Assembly (NCBI GenBank): GCA_963772725.1 | Contig: CAVYYI010000003.1 | Location: 448,001-512,000, forward strand | From: an uncultured Phycisphaerales bacterium | Lineage (GTDB): Bacteria > Planctomycetota > Phycisphaerae > Sedimentisphaerales > Anaerobacaceae | Direction of reading: 5' to 3' | Length of the DNA: 64,000 nucleotides | Shown here: piece after piece, positions 1-11,445 of the stretch | How the letters are laid out: every line of letters begins with the position of its first letter | How positions within the stretch are numbered: position 1 is the stretch's first letter | Program-made: the position numbers and the translations under genes | Notes under the pieces: generated by a model | Seen by the model: only the letters and a program-made list of their open reading frames with translations | Database searches by the model: none | What the model was told of the DNA's origin: nothing

Positions 1-2
1 TC

Positions 3-1088
3 GTAACCTGCGACAAAGGCCTTATTTTCATGCCGGTAAATTCCCCACTGAAATTGGAGACTTATGACCCGAATATAAAAACCACAAAAAATATCGCGGA
101 CGCCAACGGCAGAATTACTTTCGTTGCGCAAAAAATCGATTACGGCATTATTTCCGAAAACGTTCTCGCCTCAGGCCGTTCCGAGCTTTCTTTTTTCGCG
201 AAGGATAAAACCGCCGCAGACACCAATATTGCCCCCGTACCGGTAAAGATATCCGCTTCCCAAAAAATTACCTACACATCAGCCGCCAATCAGGCCATCT
301 TTGAAGGCGACTGCGCCGGCACGATGCTCAAAAAAGAGCAGGGCGCCGACCAGAAATATACCCTTACATCGCCACGATTTGTCGTCAACCTGACAAAGAA
401 TAAAGCTTCATCCGCTGATATTGGCAGTGTAACCGCCGACGGCGGTAGGGCATACCTTACCGTTGTTAAAATGGCAGGAGACAAAATGCTCGGCTTTACA
501 AAACTCAAATGCACTAAAATCGACTTCGACAATAATCAGCAGATTGTTCTTGCCATGGGACCGGGCCTTATCGCTGCCGACAATTCCAAAATCGCTGAGC
601 CGGGGAATAAAAAACCCATGAAGTTCGGCCTCCAAAAACAGTGCTATGCTCTCCTCAACGGTTTCGAGACTCTGACTTACTCGTTAAAAACAAACCGGAT
701 TGTTACAGATGCCATTTCGCAGAAAACCTCCGATGCTTCGACACTGCTGAATATCAGTTATGTCCCCATCGTTGGCGGCAAAGACGGCGAAGCGACCAAA
801 GTTACCGCCAAACATATTGACATTTCTCTGGCAAAAACCGTTGGCGGGCAGGACGAAATCTCCGCACTGGCCGCTACAGGGGGTATTACCTTTGAGGATG
901 AAAACAGACAATTCATCGGCAATGATTTATTCTACGACGCCAACACCTCTGATGTTTATGTTACCGGCGACGAACACAATCCGTGCTTCCTCAACGGCAC
1001 ACTCGTGGATAGAATCGACTGGAACATTCGCACAAACAGAATCAAAACCAACGTAATCGGCCCCAGCCAGTTCCAGATGAAAAAATAG
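3..1088 (+). CDS. Hypothetical OstA/LptA-like beta-rich envelope protein, 5'-partial
   Basis: Frame is open from the window edge. Repeated segments such as 'ALAATGGITFEDENRQFIGNDLFYDANTSDVYVTGD' resemble OstA/LptA beta-jellyroll repeats. Confidence 0.5.
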   Translation, partial: VTCDKGLIFMPVNSPLKLETYDPNIKTTKNIADANGRITFVAQKIDYGIISENVLASGRSELSFFAKDKTAADTNIAPVPVKISASQKITYTSAANQAIFEGDCAGTMLKKEQGADQKYTLTSPRFVVNLTKNKASSADIGSVTADGGRAYLTVVKMAGDKMLGFTKLKCTKIDFDNNQQIVLAMGPGLIAADNSKIAEPGNKKPMKFGLQKQCYALLNGFETLTYSLKTNRIVTDAISQKTSDASTLLNISYVPIVGGKDGEATKVTAKHIDISLAKTVGGQDEISALAATGGITFEDENRQFIGNDLFYDANTSDVYVTGDEHNPCFLNGTLVDRIDWNIRTNRIKTNVIGPSQFQMKK

Positions 1089-1196
1089 CCCGCGCTCCTG
1101 CATGCCCTTATTCGCCGTGGCTTTTATCTTCAGATGGCCTGCTGCTCAATTGCTTTAATCTCTATGCGGCTGCGGTCGCGGGCATTGTGTGTCGGC

Positions 1197-1634
1197 TTAT
1201 TTCATCATATCTTTTGGCTCCATTATCTTCTTCGAATCCATCATTTTTTTGCACATGGGGCAGTTCTCCATCATCTTGGCCATATCCTTTTGCATCTTCT
1301 CTGTGTCTATTTTCATTTCAACTTCCTTGACCATATTCAGGTCTTTGTCGTACTTGGTCAGTTTCTGGCCTGTCATAACTACTACGCCGCCATCGGGTGT
1401 CGCGACAACCTCACATCGCATCATTCTCTGGCACATCGACATGCACATCGGACACATTCCCATTGGGCCGCCGGGCATACCACCGTCCATCATTTTCTTG
1501 TGCATTGCCATCATTTCGTTGCTGTCCGCCATCGCACGGCCAATCATTGCGCCGGGCTCTGTCTTGGCCAGGACAACATACGCTCCGCCCGCAACCAGCA
1601 GGACAACCATTGCTGAAATAATCATCTTTTTCAT
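1197..1634 (-). CDS. Exported Met/Cys-rich protein, possibly metal-binding
   Basis: N-terminal signal-like hydrophobic stretch; 31 Met in 145 aa; CPMCMSMC and CPMC motifs; AAAGGG RBS-like sequence upstream. Confidence 0.7.
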   Translation of the reverse strand: MKKMIISAMVVLLVAGGAYVVLAKTEPGAMIGRAMADSNEMMAMHKKMMDGGMPGGPMGMCPMCMSMCQRMMRCEVVATPDGGVVVMTGQKLTKYDKDLNMVKEVEMKIDTEKMQKDMAKMMENCPMCKKMMDSKKIMEPKDMMK

Positions 1635-1886
1635 TTTGATACCCTTTCTAAAAATAAACCTTATTTTACGCGTTGAGCCGAAAAGCCCCCCGCAACTCTA
1701 CTTATGACGGAATATTAAAATTCTATCCCCTTACTCTGCCCCAAACAACCAGCCTTTTGCCTATTTCAGGGGTTCTTTTTGCTTATATTCAGTTTGCTGT
1801 GTGGCAAAAAAAAGATAATCGCTGGTAATAAAATGATAAAAGAAATTAGCTCGTGCCCATAAATTTCGCGGCTAATTATCTCTGCA

Positions 1887-2591
1887 CTAAAAGCTGCTTT
1901 TGCAAAGGGACTGGAGGTCTGAGATTTTCAGTTCGTTAAGATGGCTGACGACTTTTTCGGCAAGGGTTAGCTCGGCGGCAACATAAGAATTTGTAATGGC
2001 GATTGTGTGCATGCCGGCAGCCTTTGCGGCCTTTAGTCCCCACTGTGAATCTTCTATTACAACACACTGACCCGGCTGAAGAGGAATGGTGTGCTTTTGA
2101 TTAAGTTTTCGCAGCGTAAGGAGAAAGCCGTCGGGATATGGTTTTCCTTTTTTGACCTGCTCAGCGGAAACTATTATCTCAAAATAAGACCTGAGTTTCG
2201 CGTCGTTAAGTATCAGTTCAATCTCGCAGAGAACGGCGCCCGAACAGATTGCTATCGGCACATTGTTCTGACGGAGCAATTCGAGAAAATCACGAACGCC
2301 GTCAATAATTTTGCCATCGGTTTTCGCGAGTTTCTCAAAGACTTTATTTTTACGGCTGACAAGATTTTCAACTTCAGCAAAGTCGGCCTTAATCAATTTA
2401 TTTTCAATAAGCTGGGTAAAAAGGTCGAAATCGCTCAGGCCCAGGTAGTTTTTGTAATAATCCTTGAGGCTGATTTCAAAGCCATAAAAAGCGAGTGTCT
2501 GATTAAACGCGCGGAAATGTAGAATCTCCGAATCCGTTATCACCCCGTCAAAATCAAATATTACAGCACCGAGCATGAGAGTGTTTCCCAT
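1887..2591 (-). CDS. HAD-family phosphatase (beta-PGM/CbbY-like)
   Basis: Motif I 'IFDFDGVITDSE', 'KPYPD' and motif IV 'VIEDS'. Confidence 0.9.
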   Translation of the reverse strand: MGNTLMLGAVIFDFDGVITDSEILHFRAFNQTLAFYGFEISLKDYYKNYLGLSDFDLFTQLIENKLIKADFAEVENLVSRKNKVFEKLAKTDGKIIDGVRDFLELLRQNNVPIAICSGAVLCEIELILNDAKLRSYFEIIVSAEQVKKGKPYPDGFLLTLRKLNQKHTIPLQPGQCVVIEDSQWGLKAAKAAGMHTIAITNSYVAAELTLAEKVVSHLNELKISDLQSLCKSSF

Positions 2592-2602
2592 ACCAAAGTA
2601 TT

Positions 2603-4408
2603 TTATTCACCAGCTATCGGGCTGACCAAAGCGGAATATTCCGTGAAGGTGGATTTATCGCCGGTTTTAATCAGTTCCGCCAGAGCTTTAATCTTCGGAG
2701 CGTTTTTAGTAATGTACCTGCGAGCTACTACGGCTTTTCGTTTCTTCATAGAAGTCATTGTGCCGCTGGCCTGGCCGTTATCATTTGACACAGGTACTTC
2801 CATATCGACTTTGGAGCTTGCCTGACCGCAGAAGAGATAGCCGTTAATAAGAGCAATTGCGATATCAACCAGTGCCCTGCCGTAAAGGTCCATATAGTCA
2901 TTGCCGTTAGCTTTGATAAATTCCACGCTGCTCTTCAAAAGTTCCATTCCTTCACGGAGTTTTTCAAGGACATCGCTCAACTCTGAAGTATAACTCTGCT
3001 CTGTCATTTCGGTAATGAATTTTTCAGCCGTACCGCTGCAAACACCTCTGACAGCCGCCACAACCTGCAACTGGCTGGTTCCTTCGTAAATCGTTGTGAT
3101 ACGTGCGTCGCGCGCATGGCGTTCGCAGGCATAATCCCGCATGTAACCACTGCCGCCCAGAACCTGAATGGAATCGTACGCGACCGAATTGGCCATTTCC
3201 GAGCAGAAATATTTGCTCATCGGTGTCAGCATCGCCGCATATCTTTTGTATTTGCGTGAATCGTTCTTGAGATCCTGGAGCTGAGCCTTATCAGTCGGCG
3301 GATTAAATTCGAGCCTTTTCTCGCAGCCGATTTCAATATCCACAACCCTTGATGTTTCATAAAGAAGCGCTCGACCGGCCTCCGTCGCTATTTTCATATC
3401 AATAAGCATATCGCGAACAGCTGGAAGTTTTTCAATTGCTACGCCAAACTGTTTTCTGCTTGCGCCGTAATCGCGGGCAATTCTGTATGTCGCTTCCGCA
3501 ATACCCAGCGACTGACCAGCTATGCCGATACGGGCGCCGTTCATAAGGGCCATAACATAAGTCACAAGCCCGCGTTGTCTTTCACCGATTAACTCGCAGG
3601 GCGTATTGTCGAAAAATATCTCGCATGTCGGCGAACCGTGAATACCCAACTTATCCTCAAGCCGTCTTATATGAACACTTGGCCCTCTGTCACAAACAAA
3701 AAGGCTCAATCCAAGTCCACCGCTTCTGTCGGTTTCACTTCTGGCCAATACCAGCAGGACTTCACCGCACCCATTTGTGATGAATCTTTTCACACCGTGT
3801 AAAAACCATTTGCCGTTACTATCCTGAAAAGCCCGCAGATTTACCGACTGCAAATCGGAACCCGCGTCCGGTTCGGTAAGCACCATCGCGCCTGTTACCT
3901 TGCCCGCTGCAAAATCGTGCAAATACTTCTGCTTGATTTCTTCACTTGCAAAAGCGTTAATCGTTTCAGCGATACCCTGAAGGCCGAATATATTCATCAG
4001 CGATGCATCAGCACGAGAGACCATTTCGATGGCTATCGAATAAATAACATTCGGAAAATTCAATCCGCCAAACCTGTGTGGAAGTGTAAAACCCATCACC
4101 TCAGTCTTTGACAATTTGTCCAGCGATTCAGCAATACCATCCGCATAACTCACCGAGCCGTCCTCGTTAAGAGTGTTACCCTGACGATCAATGCCCTCCG
4201 AACGGGGAGCGATGAATTCGCCGCTTAACTGACCCACCGAATCAAGGACAACTTCATAATTCCTTATCGCCTCTTCACTGTTGGCCGGTGCGTAATCAAA
4301 TTCCTTTGAAAAGCGAAAATCCTCTTCGATGATTCCCGCCAGCTTGGCCAAATCCATATGTTTAAACAAAAACCGTATATCGTCGTTATCTTTGTAAAAA
4401 TTTGCCAT
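2603..4408 (-). CDS. Acyl-CoA dehydrogenase
   Basis: 'LTEPDAGSDL', 'GVKRFITNG', 'KLGIHGSPT', 'RKQFG', 'QVLGGSGY', 'IYEGTSQLQ'. Confidence 0.95.
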   Translation of the reverse strand: MANFYKDNDDIRFLFKHMDLAKLAGIIEEDFRFSKEFDYAPANSEEAIRNYEVVLDSVGQLSGEFIAPRSEGIDRQGNTLNEDGSVSYADGIAESLDKLSKTEVMGFTLPHRFGGLNFPNVIYSIAIEMVSRADASLMNIFGLQGIAETINAFASEEIKQKYLHDFAAGKVTGAMVLTEPDAGSDLQSVNLRAFQDSNGKWFLHGVKRFITNGCGEVLLVLARSETDRSGGLGLSLFVCDRGPSVHIRRLEDKLGIHGSPTCEIFFDNTPCELIGERQRGLVTYVMALMNGARIGIAGQSLGIAEATYRIARDYGASRKQFGVAIEKLPAVRDMLIDMKIATEAGRALLYETSRVVDIEIGCEKRLEFNPPTDKAQLQDLKNDSRKYKRYAAMLTPMSKYFCSEMANSVAYDSIQVLGGSGYMRDYACERHARDARITTIYEGTSQLQVVAAVRGVCSGTAEKFITEMTEQSYTSELSDVLEKLREGMELLKSSVEFIKANGNDYMDLYGRALVDIAIALINGYLFCGQASSKVDMEVPVSNDNGQASGTMTSMKKRKAVVARRYITKNAPKIKALAELIKTGDKSTFTEYSALVSPIAGE

Positions 4409-4419
4409 AATTTTCCTGC

Positions 4420-5462
4420 TTAATTCTCTTCTTTCACGCTCTTTTCCTTAATAGTTTTAATCATTTTGGGAACGATGACATTCAGGTCGCCGAGAATTTT
4501 ATAGTGGGCGACCTGAAAAATCGGAGCATTGGGGTCGTTATTAATCGCGATAATCTTCTGACTCTGATTCATACCAGCCTGATGCTGAATCGCGCCGCTT
4601 ATTCCGACGGCAATATAAAGGCTGGGTCGAACGGTTGTTCCCGTTTGGCCAACCTGATGGTCCCCGTCAATAAAGCCGAGGTCAACGGCGGCCCTTGTCG
4701 CCGCAGGTGCTCCGCCAAGACAGTTAGCCAAATCCCATACGAGTTTGAAATTGTCCTTGCTCCCAACACCAGCGCCACCTGCAACAATTACCCTTGCGGC
4801 CTTGAGGTCAACCTTTTTCGGCTGTTTGTGTTCCTGGAGAATTTCGAGCGGCAAATCATTTTGCATAAGCTGCGTCTTCTCGTGGATAATCTCGCCTTTT
4901 CTGTGTACGTCGGGCTGAGGCATCGGCATAACGCCTTCTCGGACAGTAGCCATCTGAGGCCATCGGTCGTAATTTATAATAGTCGCAATAATGTTTCCGC
5001 CAAAAGCTGGCCTTACCTGGAAGAGCAGGTTTTCATAAAGCTGACCGTTCCCGCTAAGCTGGTGAGACCCAATCTGAAGGTCTGTACAATCAGCAGTCAA
5101 ACCTGCTTTTACGGCGCTTGCAATTCGCGGGCCGAAATCTCGCCCGGTTATTGTCGCCCCGTAAAGCACAATCTGCGGCTCGTATTTGTGAATTAAATCG
5201 TAAATCGCCTTTGCATAGCTGTTCGTCTGGTAATGCTCAAGCAGCGGGTGTTCGAGCAGATATACCTTGTCTGCGCCATATTGAATGAGCCTGGCGCAAG
5301 TTCGCTAACCTTATCACCCAGCAGAACCGCACCCAGTTTCACCTTCAGCGTATCAGCAAGCCGCCTCGCCTTACTCATCAATTCCAGCGGTATATCCGAA
5401 AGTTTGCCGTTATGCTGCTCTGCGAAAACCCAGACTTCACCTTTTCTATTAACATCTATCAT
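4420..5462 (-). CDS. etfA: Electron transfer flavoprotein alpha subunit (frameshifted near 5290)
   Basis: ORF 5193-5462 gives 'VWVFAEQ'; ORF 4420-5169 gives 'GLTADCT', 'RPAFGGN', 'QVGQTGTTVRP', 'GISGAIQH'. Confidence 0.9.
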
Positions 5463-5530
5463 ATTTCGTATCTCACAACTCGTAATTCGTTTATCGTTAT
5501 AACCTCAAATCCCTGCGGGAATAAAAATAG

Positions 5531-6442
5531 TTACGCTATTGTTTTATCTTTGATTAATTCGTGTATCATATCGGCAATCCCGGCATCGCTCGGCTCGATG
5601 GTTTTGCTCTCTTTAGCGGTCAGAACAACGCTTTGAATGCGATGCACCTTCGTCGGGGAACCATCTCTTCCACACCATTTCAGGTCCGCGCCGAGGAAAT
5701 CGAGGTCCCATTGTTTAATCAGCAGCCCCTTTGCCTTTAATTCGCCGCATTTTTTTTCGGCAAGTGATTTTATTATCACCGGCTCAGCTCCGGGGTTTTC
5801 CGCCTTTACCTTCTGCTCAGCTTCAAACGCTGTAAGAGCGTTCTTGTGTTTCATCAGCTTTTTGGCCGCCGCGACTCTCGGCTCATTCGCCGCGTCCATT
5901 ACCGTCAGCAGTACCGGCAGTTTCGCTTTCACAACCTGCCAGCCGTTACCAATATTCCGCCGCGCGGTTATGGTTTTATTTTCGAGTTCGACCAGTTTCT
6001 CAACATAAGTAATCTGCGTAATCCCAAGCTTTTCAGCTAATTGCGGCCCAACCTGCGCCGTGTCGCCGTCAATCGCCTGCCTCCCGCAGAGAACAACGTC
6101 ATAATTAAGCTTCTTCACCGCACAGCTTAAAATATAACTCGTCGCGAGAGTATCACTTGCGGCACATCGCCTGTCGGTAACCAGCACCGCGTCATCAGCA
6201 CCGTGATAAAGCGATTCACGAAGTACCGCCGCTGCCGACGGCAGACCCATTGTTATCGCCGTTACAGTCCCGCCGAATTTTTCCTTAATCTCCAAAGCCA
6301 GTTCCAATGCGTTAAGGTCTTCAGGATTAAATATCGCCGGAAGCGCCGCACGATTGACTGTTCCGTCATCGTTCATCGCCTGGCCGGTTATCCTTTTCGT
6401 ATCGGGAACCTGCTTTATCAAAACAACACAATTATAAGCCAC
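5531..6442 (-). CDS. etfB: Electron transfer flavoprotein beta subunit
   Basis: 'KQVPDT', 'NPEDLNALELAL', 'CGRQAIDGDTAQVGP'. Confidence 0.95.
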   Translation of the reverse strand: MAYNCVVLIKQVPDTKRITGQAMNDDGTVNRAALPAIFNPEDLNALELALEIKEKFGGTVTAITMGLPSAAAVLRESLYHGADDAVLVTDRRCAASDTLATSYILSCAVKKLNYDVVLCGRQAIDGDTAQVGPQLAEKLGITQITYVEKLVELENKTITARRNIGNGWQVVKAKLPVLLTVMDAANEPRVAAAKKLMKHKNALTAFEAEQKVKAENPGAEPVIIKSLAEKKCGELKAKGLLIKQWDLDFLGADLKWCGRDGSPTKVHRIQSVVLTAKESKTIEPSDAGIADMIHELIKDKTIA

Positions 6443-6651
6443 TTATTAATCTCCTTGTCAATTCCTGCTTTTCGCCCTTTGACAAAGATGGTTAGTTTAA
6501 CGTGATTTAACGATAAGTCAACCCTAATTTCCAAACGACTGATTTGGCAAGGCATAAACCACGTAACACCCTAACCCAGCGGACAAAAAATGTAAAATTA
6601 TTGGACGCCGGCAGCGAAAAACTGTAAACTATTTATCAAAAGGAAAACCTA

Positions 6652-6897
6652 ATGCTCCAAAAGTTAAAAAGAACAGTTACATCAGTGCTGCCTGTTTCCG
6701 GCAAAAGAAAAGGCGCTTGCGTCGGTTGCGGCCAATGCTGCAAACTGCCCAAAGCATGCCCATTTTTAAAATACAAGCCCGACGGCAAAAGCTATTGCGC
6801 CATTTATCGTCTTCGACCCTTGAACTGCCGAAAATATCCCAGAACCGATTCCGAACACATCACCAAAAAAACCTGCGGTTTCAAATTCAAGGATTGA
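6652..6897 (+). CDS. Small Cys-cluster protein (YkgJ/CxxCxxCC-like, Zn or Fe-S binding)
   Basis: 'CVGCGQCC...CPFL...CAIYRLRPLNCRKYP'; AAGGA RBS upstream. Confidence 0.8.
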   Translation: MLQKLKRTVTSVLPVSGKRKGACVGCGQCCKLPKACPFLKYKPDGKSYCAIYRLRPLNCRKYPRTDSEHITKKTCGFKFKD

Positions 6898-6971
6898 TTT
6901 TTTCATAAATCCCACACCACACATTTTCTTAGAGCGGGCTTCTTCACGCCGATTTACTTATAAATCATCAA

Positions 6972-7856
6972 TTACTGGAACTTGACTTTTACTCCCTTTT
7001 CGCGTGCCTGGTTAATAAATGTTCTCATATCCCCAAGAAGCAGTTGAAGCTGCTGAGTATTTTCTATGAGGTTTTCATATAATTTGCCGTCGTTGACCAA
7101 ACGACCCGCCGTACCCTCACCGCTATTTACTTTGTCCAGAATCAGGCGGGTGTCCGCTATCGCCTTGCTTAGTTCTTCACTGGCCCCGGTCCCGGAAATT
7201 ACCAGTTTCTGAAGCTCCTTAAGCGTCAGGGCAGCCTCTTTTGTTACATCGGACATGTGCGCCAATGTGGCGGTGAGATTGTCTTTGTTTTCCTTTTTGC
7301 CGATAATTTCGTTGGCGTTGTTAATCAGAACAATCAGGCTGCGGGTCAGTTCATCCAGTTTTTTCTGCGTATCTTCCGGAAAAAGTCCGCTTGTTACACC
7401 GGCCGAACCCTGCAATATGCTTCCCTTTACCAAAGGCCTGGCCTGCGGCTGATTAGCTTCTGATGGCATTTCACGCAACTCGATATCGCTGCCCAGACCC
7501 CGGCTCATCAGCTTGGCCTCGACATTTGAGGGAATGTCATTATATTTTTTATCAATATCGATAACGACAATGGTCTGATGGTATTGCTGATGGGTTGCCA
7601 AATTATCAACGATTCGCGGCGGCTCTATATCTGTCACTCTGCCAATCTGGTACCCGCAGAACCGCACAGGAGTATTCTGTGAGATTCCCGGTGCGGAAGG
7701 AAACTGAATCTTAACCTGGAAAGATTTAAAACCGCTGATCCAGACCGGCAGTTTTCCGAATTTGAATATCAGCCAGAAAAAGGCCGCTATTCCTATCAAT
7801 ACGAAAATGCCGACCGTAATATTACGGTTTCGTTGTATGGTTTCATAGTCGTTCAC
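6972..7856 (-). CDS. MCE/MlaD family protein
   Basis: N-terminal TM, MCE motif 'APGISQNTPVRFCGYQIGRV', C-terminal helical region with 'GEGTAGRLVND'. Confidence 0.85.
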   Translation of the reverse strand: MNDYETIQRNRNITVGIFVLIGIAAFFWLIFKFGKLPVWISGFKSFQVKIQFPSAPGISQNTPVRFCGYQIGRVTDIEPPRIVDNLATHQQYHQTIVVIDIDKKYNDIPSNVEAKLMSRGLGSDIELREMPSEANQPQARPLVKGSILQGSAGVTSGLFPEDTQKKLDELTRSLIVLINNANEIIGKKENKDNLTATLAHMSDVTKEAALTLKELQKLVISGTGASEELSKAIADTRLILDKVNSGEGTAGRLVNDGKLYENLIENTQQLQLLLGDMRTFINQAREKGVKVKFQ

Positions 7857-8114
7857 TGTTTTTCCCCTTTCAAATCTGTCCGGCCATGGAGAAACAACTC
7901 CCTGATGGCCCGGAGTGGATAACCGCTGTCATTAAGGTTTTTTATCAATTTGATTCGCAGAACGCTTTTCTCATCGAAAAGCTTTCTGCCTGTCGGTGTA
8001 ACCCGGTTCGGCTCAAGCAATCCGACCATTAGATAATATTGCAGAGATCTGGACGGAAATGCCAGCTTTTTTTGCCGCTGCTCCGACCGAAATCAGCTTA
8101 TTTTCCTGAGCCAT
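7853..8114 (-). CDS. Short MerR-family HTH protein (one frameshift; absent from ORF track)
   Basis: Manual translation across a 1-nt indel near 8048: MAQENKLISVGAAAKKAGIS..SLQYYLMVGLLEPNRVTPTGRKLFDEKSVLRIKLIKNLNDSGYPLRAIRELF. Its stop overlaps the GTG start of the MCE gene. Confidence 0.75.
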
Positions 8115-8183
8115 ATTATTGAAGATCGTAATTTTAAACTTTTAACTTTTAATTTTAAACTCTCAAACCGGCCATCGGTCAGT

Positions 8184-8579
8184 TTAAGTACTTTTTGATG
8201 CCGCCATTGCCGCCAGCGCCAGGAAAGAGTTTTTAACCTTTTCCAACGTTAATAATTTTATCGCCTTTTTGGGCGGCACGGCTTTATTCGTATTTTGCGA
8301 GAACCTCGGCGAAACCATAACAAGATAATCGAATTCACCTGTTATCTCCCGCTGAGTTTGCCTGAAAGATTCTCTTAGCAGCCGTTTTATACGATTACGC
8401 TCAACGGCATTTCCTAAGGCCTTGGCTATCGAAATACCCAGCCGCGGATATCCGCATTTGTTTTCAGCGACATACAATATAAGCAGCTCGTCTGATACAC
8501 AAAGCCTGCGCTTCAATACCGCCTTGAACTGCTCATTGCTTACAAGTCTTTTATTTTTTTGAAATCCTGCCGGCTTCAT
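8184..8579 (-). CDS. rnpA: Ribonuclease P protein component
   Basis: 'RLGISIAKALGNAVERNRIKRLLRE' RNR motif. Confidence 0.92.
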   Translation of the reverse strand: MKPAGFQKNKRLVSNEQFKAVLKRRLCVSDELLILYVAENKCGYPRLGISIAKALGNAVERNRIKRLLRESFRQTQREITGEFDYLVMVSPRFSQNTNKAVPPKKAIKLLTLEKVKNSFLALAAMAASKST

Positions 8580-8649
8580 AATCCTGTGGCAACAAAAAAA
8601 ACATAACAGTATTCTTTAAACCTGGCTGCGGCCAAAGTCTGTACCAGTC

Positions 8650-9096
8650 TTAATTCCCGGTGTTGGCCGGCATTTGGGCCAATTTCGTCAAAAACGAGAA
8701 TTTCTGCGTCTCGTGCGTCCGCTGCTGCGGAGTATATTCGCTGGTGCTTAATTTGGCTTTGGCTCTTTCGACTATTCGTTCTATTTTTTCACGCTCTACG
8801 TTATGGAAGTAAACAGCGTCATAAGCGATAACCGTAAGAAGATTGCACCCTATCAGACCGATACCCCCATCTATCAGCAAAAATATGCTGTGAGGCAAAA
8901 CTTCAATGTCCGAAGGGACAACTTTCACTTCCATTATCCCAAGCCCGAGTTTGCAAAGCATTGGCATGTGATTATGCCAGATGCCGACTTGACCGTCGTG
9001 CGAGGGAAAAACCACAGAAACGACCTCATAGTCCAGCAGCTTGCCCGACGGGGCAATTACAACACACTGAAATGTTTTTCCAAGTACACCTGCCAC
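8650..9096 (-). CDS. atpC: ATP synthase F1 epsilon subunit
   Basis: 'VVFPSHDGQVGIWHNHMPMLCKLGLG'; last gene of the atp operon. Confidence 0.85.
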   Translation of the reverse strand: MAGVLGKTFQCVVIAPSGKLLDYEVVSVVFPSHDGQVGIWHNHMPMLCKLGLGIMEVKVVPSDIEVLPHSIFLLIDGGIGLIGCNLLTVIAYDAVYFHNVEREKIERIVERAKAKLSTSEYTPQQRTHETQKFSFLTKLAQMPANTGN

Positions 9097-9116
9097 TGTA
9101 AATAAAACCTTTCTTT

Positions 9117-10549
<1,433 letters not shown>

Positions 10550-10553
<4 letters not shown>

Positions 10554-11445
10554 AACTCTCCGACTCCCCCAATTATATCGAGAAATTCTCGCGTTATCTG
10601 ACCTTGTCGTGCACGATTATATTCTGCGGTCAGTTCTTTAATCAAATCTTCCGCGTTTTCAGTCGCGTTTCTCATCGCCACCATACGCGCAACATGCTGG
10701 CTTAACGCTGCGTCCATAAAACAGCTCTGGATGGAAGAGCGTATGATCATCGGGCAAGACCTTCAATAATTTCGCTGCTCGAGGGAGAAAAATGAAAATT
10801 CTCGAACGATAATCCCCACGGCCATAAAGCCGTTGTGCACGCGTGCGTCAAAGGTCATCTATAAGTTCGGTCAGAGGCAAAATGGTCAGCGTTTGCGCCT
10901 GCTGGCTCGATACCGAATAAAATCGCGTATACACAATGCCGAAACCGTCAATCTGACCCGACATATACTTATTGATAACTTCTTGTGTTATTTCATCAAT
11001 CTGAGATTCCGTTGGCACTTCGTCAAAATCACCGTAAACTTTCACCGGCTTGATTCTATGATAGTTTAATAGATGGTTGAGCTTTCTGTCCAAGGCATAA
11101 ATATCAAGTTTCTTGCCGTGTTTTTTTGCCCGGTTGAGATTGCACATCCACAAGTTGATAAATATTCGTGTTGTATGAGCCACAAAGACCGCTTTTCGAG
11201 CCGATAGCCAGCAGAATTGATGTGCCGACTGTGTTCACCTTCAGTAGTGGGTGGTCGATGGGTTCTTGGGATGTAACAAGCAAATATCCCGCTCGTGCCA
11301 AGGCATCACGATAATCCACGATGGCGGTTCGCCTGTTATGGTAAGACTTGTACCTCGCGGTAGAGATCATCTCCATCGTTCGCGTTATCCTGCGAATACT
11401 ATCGACCGCTCTGCGATGGTTCAATATTTGTCGAGTTCCCGCCAT
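10550..11445 (-). CDS. atpG: ATP synthase F1 gamma subunit (frameshifted)
   Basis: 'RITRTMEMIS', 'GLCGSYN', 'ARMVAMRNATENA...YNRARQGQITRE' across three ORF pieces. Confidence 0.9.

Noticed and set aside
1134..1616. 160-aa His-rich ORF on the + strand
   Set aside because: Antisense shadow of the Met-rich gene (ATG reads CAT on the other strand); no RBS or signal.
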